Shown in pieces: positions 58,906 through 64,000 of a DNA stretch of 64,000 nt. Position 1 is the stretch's first letter; each line of letters opens with the position of its first letter. The notes beneath the pieces are model-generated. The model saw only the letters and a list, made by a program, of their open reading frames with translations, had not been told where the DNA came from and did no database searches. The position numbers were made by a program, and so were the translations under genes. The DNA comes from Eledone cirrhosa (Eukaryota), in the NCBI GenBank assembly GCA_964016885.1, contig OZ024741.1, forward strand, positions 114,390,001-114,454,000, in the 5' to 3' direction.

Positions 58906-60724
58906 TACTGAAATCTATGACCTCTTTCACAAAGGAAATTTCTCTCTGACTAGAAGAATTTTCGTTCTCATCTTTTCAATCAGAAATCATCACAAGAAAG
59001 AGAAAATCAGATAAGCAGGGGTATTTTTGGGGAAAAAAATAAACAAAAATTTTAGATTGTCCTTCTATTGACAATCATTGTTTTATTTTTGGTTTTAAAT
59101 TCTTGCAGTTTGTATCTTCTGCTGCCTTGACATTTTTTGATGAGGTTGGGGTTTATACCATTTTTTTTCTTCTATGTTAATGGATAATTGACTACATCTA
59201 ACTTGAAATGTGGGAGATTCTTGCCTGTTTTTTTTTATACGATGGACTGGAATTTCATGATAGACAGCCTTAATATAACCAGACACAATCTTGTTGTTGT
59301 TATTATAATTAAACATTTCCAAAATAATTAAAAAAATAACTATATGTATGTTGTGCTTAGGTGAAAAGTAAAACTTCTTGATTATCTTGCTTATTATGGT
59401 CAGATATAACCTTGCTTATTATTTTAACATTAAAAACTGCAACAGCAAAACCTTGTTTCTTTGTTACAAATAGATGAATAAATAACCTGAGAAATTTTGA
59501 ACTAGTTGTGTCACTGATATTGGATTAAATAAAGAACATTTTGCTATCACTAAAATCAGTAAAACAACTCATCTTATTCTATTTATCAAGGATAAATCAT
59601 TTTGATTTTGCTTCTGTTTTCTGAGAATCAAATGTTTTGAATATATACAGTCTTAGCATGTTTAAATAGTTAAATACTGAGTTTTGTTTTCTGTTTCTAG
59701 GCTCAAGGATTTATTTGCAAGGGAAAAGGAGTATAGTTGATTGAATTAATACCAGTGGTATTCCTGGTACTTAATTTAGCAGCAAAAGAAGGGATGAAAG
59801 GTAAAGTCAACCCTCAACAGAATTCGAATTCAGAAATTTAAGGCATGAAATTATACAGTGTAAAAGCTTCAAGTCTGACTTCTCTGTACCATATCAACGA
59901 TCATTGAATTGCTAAATATTAATAATCATTTGATTTGGTTGAAATTGTGTCCCTTCAACTGAAAACAGTCCCCTAAATAATTGCCATGTCTGAGTATGGA
60001 TAGTATTCTACTCCAGGCATTCTATTGTCTCCAAGAAAGATATTTGAATCTAGTTACGTGTGTGGAAGTTTTTTGAGCTGTTAATCTGTGATAGACTCAC
60101 ATCCTGTCCAAGGATGAATATTTGTCTCACATTCATTTATCACTAACATCTGGAAAAATTAAGTACCAGCCTTATGGACCCTTGCCGCTGGGGGAAAGAA
60201 TTTACTACTTCAAAAAGTTTGTAAACTGAAATATTTTTGGTGAAAAAAGTAAAAATGCTAAAATGCAATTCACTGTTAAGACCTTAAAGGTTATTAAAAA
60301 CTGTTAAGACCTTAAAGGTTATTAAAAACATCAATCTAAATACCATTTTTGAAGCTATTGATATTTACTAAGCTGTATTCCAATGCTACCCTGAATTTGC
60401 TTTCTATTGTAACCAGCTAGAGTGGTATGCAAGAGGCTTTGTCTAAATCTCTTGCTTACATCGCTGTGACTTGCACCTTCATTAAGACTTGCATTATTAT
60501 TATTATTATGTTGGGTTGAAATTGGAAATAGTTATGTCAAAGATTAACTTCTTCAAGTCCACAGTTGCCTGAAATATAATATAACTGTAAATAATCTGAA
60601 TTAATTAAAACTTTGAAGTCCTCTGTTGTTGGCAGCATTAAATAATGCCCACTATATATATATATATATATATATATAAAGAATGATTTTTTTGAAGAGG
60701 AATGGAAGGTAACTATTGTTAAAT

Positions 60725-60895
60725 ATGGTACTCAATACATTGATAGAGAAGGTACATATTTATTTCATATAGAAATTGCTTCTACAGGACTAGAACTGTT
60801 TCATTCATTTAAAATCACCAGGAAAGATTTCAAATGAATGATTTGAAATAAATGAAATGGTTCTAATCTTTTAAAAGTAATTTCTATATGAAATA
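60725..60895. mobile_element. Decayed copy of the 34726 hairpin HHR family
   Basis: cttctacaggactagaactgtttcattca matches 34746-34774. Inverted ends atttcatatagaaatt / aatttctatatgaaat. gtactcaatac tail. Confidence 0.65.
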
Positions 60896-62024
60896 TATAT
60901 ATATGCATTGAATGAAAGATTCATATACAGTATATATGATAATTGTTATTAATGGTGACTATTAATTTCAGTTTTATCAACATTATTACTTTATCAAAAC
61001 AGTTATTGGTGAAACTTCAAAGTAAACAGACGCCATTAATAACAATTATTATATGTGTGAGTGTATCCATACATATGTATACATTTAAACTCTACTCTTT
61101 GTTTGCTAATGAGTTAATCTGCCTATGTCTAGAAGTGATGGCAATCTCTCAATAATTTCTTTATGGCACAGTATGAAAGTATAAAATATTGAGTGGAGAA
61201 TCTTGTATTTTCTTTTCGTAATTTTTTCCATTTATGCTGTTGGTATTTCTGGACTTGAAGAGGCAAATGGAATACATTTTTTAAAAAAGAAGCAGATACT
61301 ATTTTGTAGGAGCTTTTATTTATTATTATTTATTTCTATCTCATTCTTGGTATTATTTGTTTGTTTGTTCTTTTGAGTTTATATTGAACCCTTTTGTAAC
61401 CATATTTCTAATGAAATACTCTCTATTTCAATTAAACAATAAAGAATTTTGAGGGATTTACTAAAAATGTTTATTACTTTATTATTAAGATAGTAGCTTA
61501 ATATATGGTTCTTCTATACAATTACTTGGGAAAATTTAAATTTAAATAGGAACCCTTTAAAATAGGTAGTTTTGTTTCATAAATCAGGGATGGTTTTGGT
61601 TTGGGTTGGTATCAAGAGTTAATTGGGAAATTGAGGTATTTACTAAAACATACATTGGTTTCTCTATAAAATTATATTGGATAATTTTAATCTAAGTAGG
61701 AACCCATTAAAATAGTTTTGTCTCATAGAAGCAGAGCCAATTTTGGCTAGGTTGGTACTAAAAGGGTTAATTCTCTCTGAACACACCTGGTTTTCTCGAT
61801 ATTCTCCTCCTCCCTCTAGTATGTTAAAAGATCATAGTTATGTTTAATGGTTATAATTATATTTAATGATTAGAATCATTAACATGTGTTTACAAATATA
61901 ATTCTTCCTTTCCCAAGCAACAGCTCAATTTTATTTCTGCTTGGACAAAGTATAAATAGTTCCCAGCCATTTATATATATATATATAAAATTTCAGTTTA
62001 TCAATAATGTAGTGATAATATATT

Positions 62025-62950
62025 GTTACGTTAGAGATGAACAGCGTACGTGCAGGTTTGCTCAACGAGTATAAATTATATTCCGGAGAAAATGTAGAAA
62101 GGATGAATATAAAATGAAAGTGCTTTTTTTAAAAAAGGAATTTATTAGGTATTGACATATGTTTCTGTAACAGACGGAATACCTATGTATCGCTGCTTGC
62201 GTAATCATATGCTTGCGTAATCAAATGTAGATTTTAAGCGATGGTTACAGTATACTGTAACCATCGCTTAAAATCTACATTTTCATATTATAAATACTAC
62301 CAGGATTGAACGCCTGTCTCTATCCCCGTTTGACTGTCAAAATAGATATTAACATTCTTTATTAGTCTTAATTCTATCAACTCTTCTATTATTTACCTTT
62401 TAATACAAACTGCTATAGATAAAATGAGATTTCTGATTTCTTGATTCAATTCCCTAATGCATATACCAGCTGGCTACTAGCATTGATGTTATTTAGTAGC
62501 AATCGAAATCTCCCCCTTCCCCAATTGACACTTTATAATTAATACTACTGCACCAAATGACCAGCCCTGCCCACTGTCCAGTTGGTCAAGTAGAGATTAA
62601 AATTGGCACTCCCAAAATTCTTATTTAGATTTACTCATGGTATTCTCATTAGAAACCCATTATATACTTGTTTAGCAGTAAATTAATTTACCATCTGTCA
62701 TATACTATCCCCTCTGTTTCTTCCTCTATTACTAATATAAATACTTCAATTTTTCTGATTTTATCCAATTTATCCAAAATCTCTGAAGAAGTGACAACTG
62801 ATTATACATTTGCTATCGAATACTTGCTAACATTATATGATTACGCAAGCAGCGATACATAGGTATTCCGTCTGTTACAGAAACATATGTCAATACCTAA
62901 TAAATTCCTTTTTAAAAAAAGCACTTTCATTTTATATTCATCCTTTCTAT
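62025..62950. mobile_element. Complex inverted PLE-like insertion
   Basis: 62090-62210 is inverted at 62835-62950. Internal perfect palindrome centred cagtatactg at about 62252. Degenerate GAAAC-atat-GTC. Confidence 0.65.
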
Positions 62951-62989
62951 ATATATATATATATAATATGTGTGTGTGTATCCATATAT

Positions 62990-63215
62990 CCATATGTGGT
63001 TGACAGCTTTGACAGCTCAGAGAAAAGAGTACTCAATACCGAAGTAGAGTTTTAATATTCATTTATTAAGGCTAAATAGAGTCTTGTTACTCTGGAGTTT
63101 TGCTTATTTATCACAAGGTCATCAGACAAGAAAGTTCTTGTCTGATGACCCTGTGATAATCTGGCGAAACTCCAGAGTAACAAGACTCTCTATTTAGCCT
63201 TAATAAAATGAATAT
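62990..63215. mobile_element. Hairpin HHR mini-element, HHR at 63136-63185 (+)
   Basis: tcttgt-CTGATGA-c-cc..gg-c-GAAAC-tccaga-GTA-acaaga. Inverted degenerate copy at 63081-63131. Left tail with gtactcaatac. Confidence 0.75.
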
Positions 63216-63492
63216 ATATACATATATATAGTATAAATTATTATTTTTTTTTATTATCACAGTTTAATTTATTTTATTTCCAATTATGTTTTACTTTTTA
63301 ATCTATTTTCTTTTTTTATAAATTCTATTTACCTTTATTTTTTCATCATAAATTATTTCTCAAAGATGGACTCTAAATAGTTTTAGAAGCTGGATCAGGG
63401 TAAATACTTATTATTTGTATGTTTGTTATCTTATTCTTACAACTGTTACTTTGTTTAACAATATTGTTATATTTCTGTATAATATACACATA

Positions 63493-63559
<67 letters not shown>

Positions 63560-63908
63560 GAAAGTAATAAAATGTTTATGCATATCTACCCAAGACACTT
63601 TATGAATTTGTTTCATGTTTTCTTGAATTCTTTAAATTTCTTCCAAATCAGAAACAAAAGTGGTTTTGCCTTTTTTACAGAATATTTTATTGTTTATGTA
63701 TTTTTCAATGATGCCAATTATAATTTAGATCACATCATCATCATTAGTTTATAATTTGTTTTTTTCAGTCTTTAAAACATTGATATATACCCTCTTTCTC
63801 TTCTTTGACTGTTTTTCTGCTCATATGAGGTTATATTTTAACCTGATTTTTGCTATGCATAATAGCAGCTGGCTGTTTTACAGCTTCTGCGTTACAATTT
63901 TATGAAAA

Positions 63909-63965
<57 letters not shown>

Positions 63966-64000
63966 TGTATGTGTGTGTTCATGTCTGTGTTTGTTTTTGT

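Noticed and set aside
60271-60329. Exact 29-bp tandem duplication
   Set aside because: Ordinary slippage event with no further structure.

Overview
Eukaryotic, very AT-rich, repeat-dominated animal DNA. The SINE and LINE types point to an octopod cephalopod (inference). Host coding sequence is limited to two minus-strand exons (TM6 and TM7/C-tail) of a class A peptide-type GPCR at 8.7-12.2 kb and one plus-strand terminal exon at 47.75 kb. From about 13 to 47 kb lies a large degenerate (TA)n array with a 200-N gap. It is filled with nested retroelements: an apparently intact RTE LINE (APE, RT and a PHD-type finger), many RTE 3' ends and RTE-tailed SINEs, a CR1 3' end, and at least three different Penelope-like elements (PLEs). 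The most striking structure, invisible in the ORF track, is a dense set of type I hammerhead ribozyme (HHR) motifs. They include a 310-bp tandem-plus-inverted retrozyme-like array at 35.2-36.5 kb and a recurring 'hairpin' mini-element architecture (inverted arm, centre, HHR, unpaired tail) inserted in (TA)n, often with non-canonical catalytic cores. All ribozyme folds were done by eye and activity is untested. The many YI/YM-rich ORFs are microsatellite artefacts.
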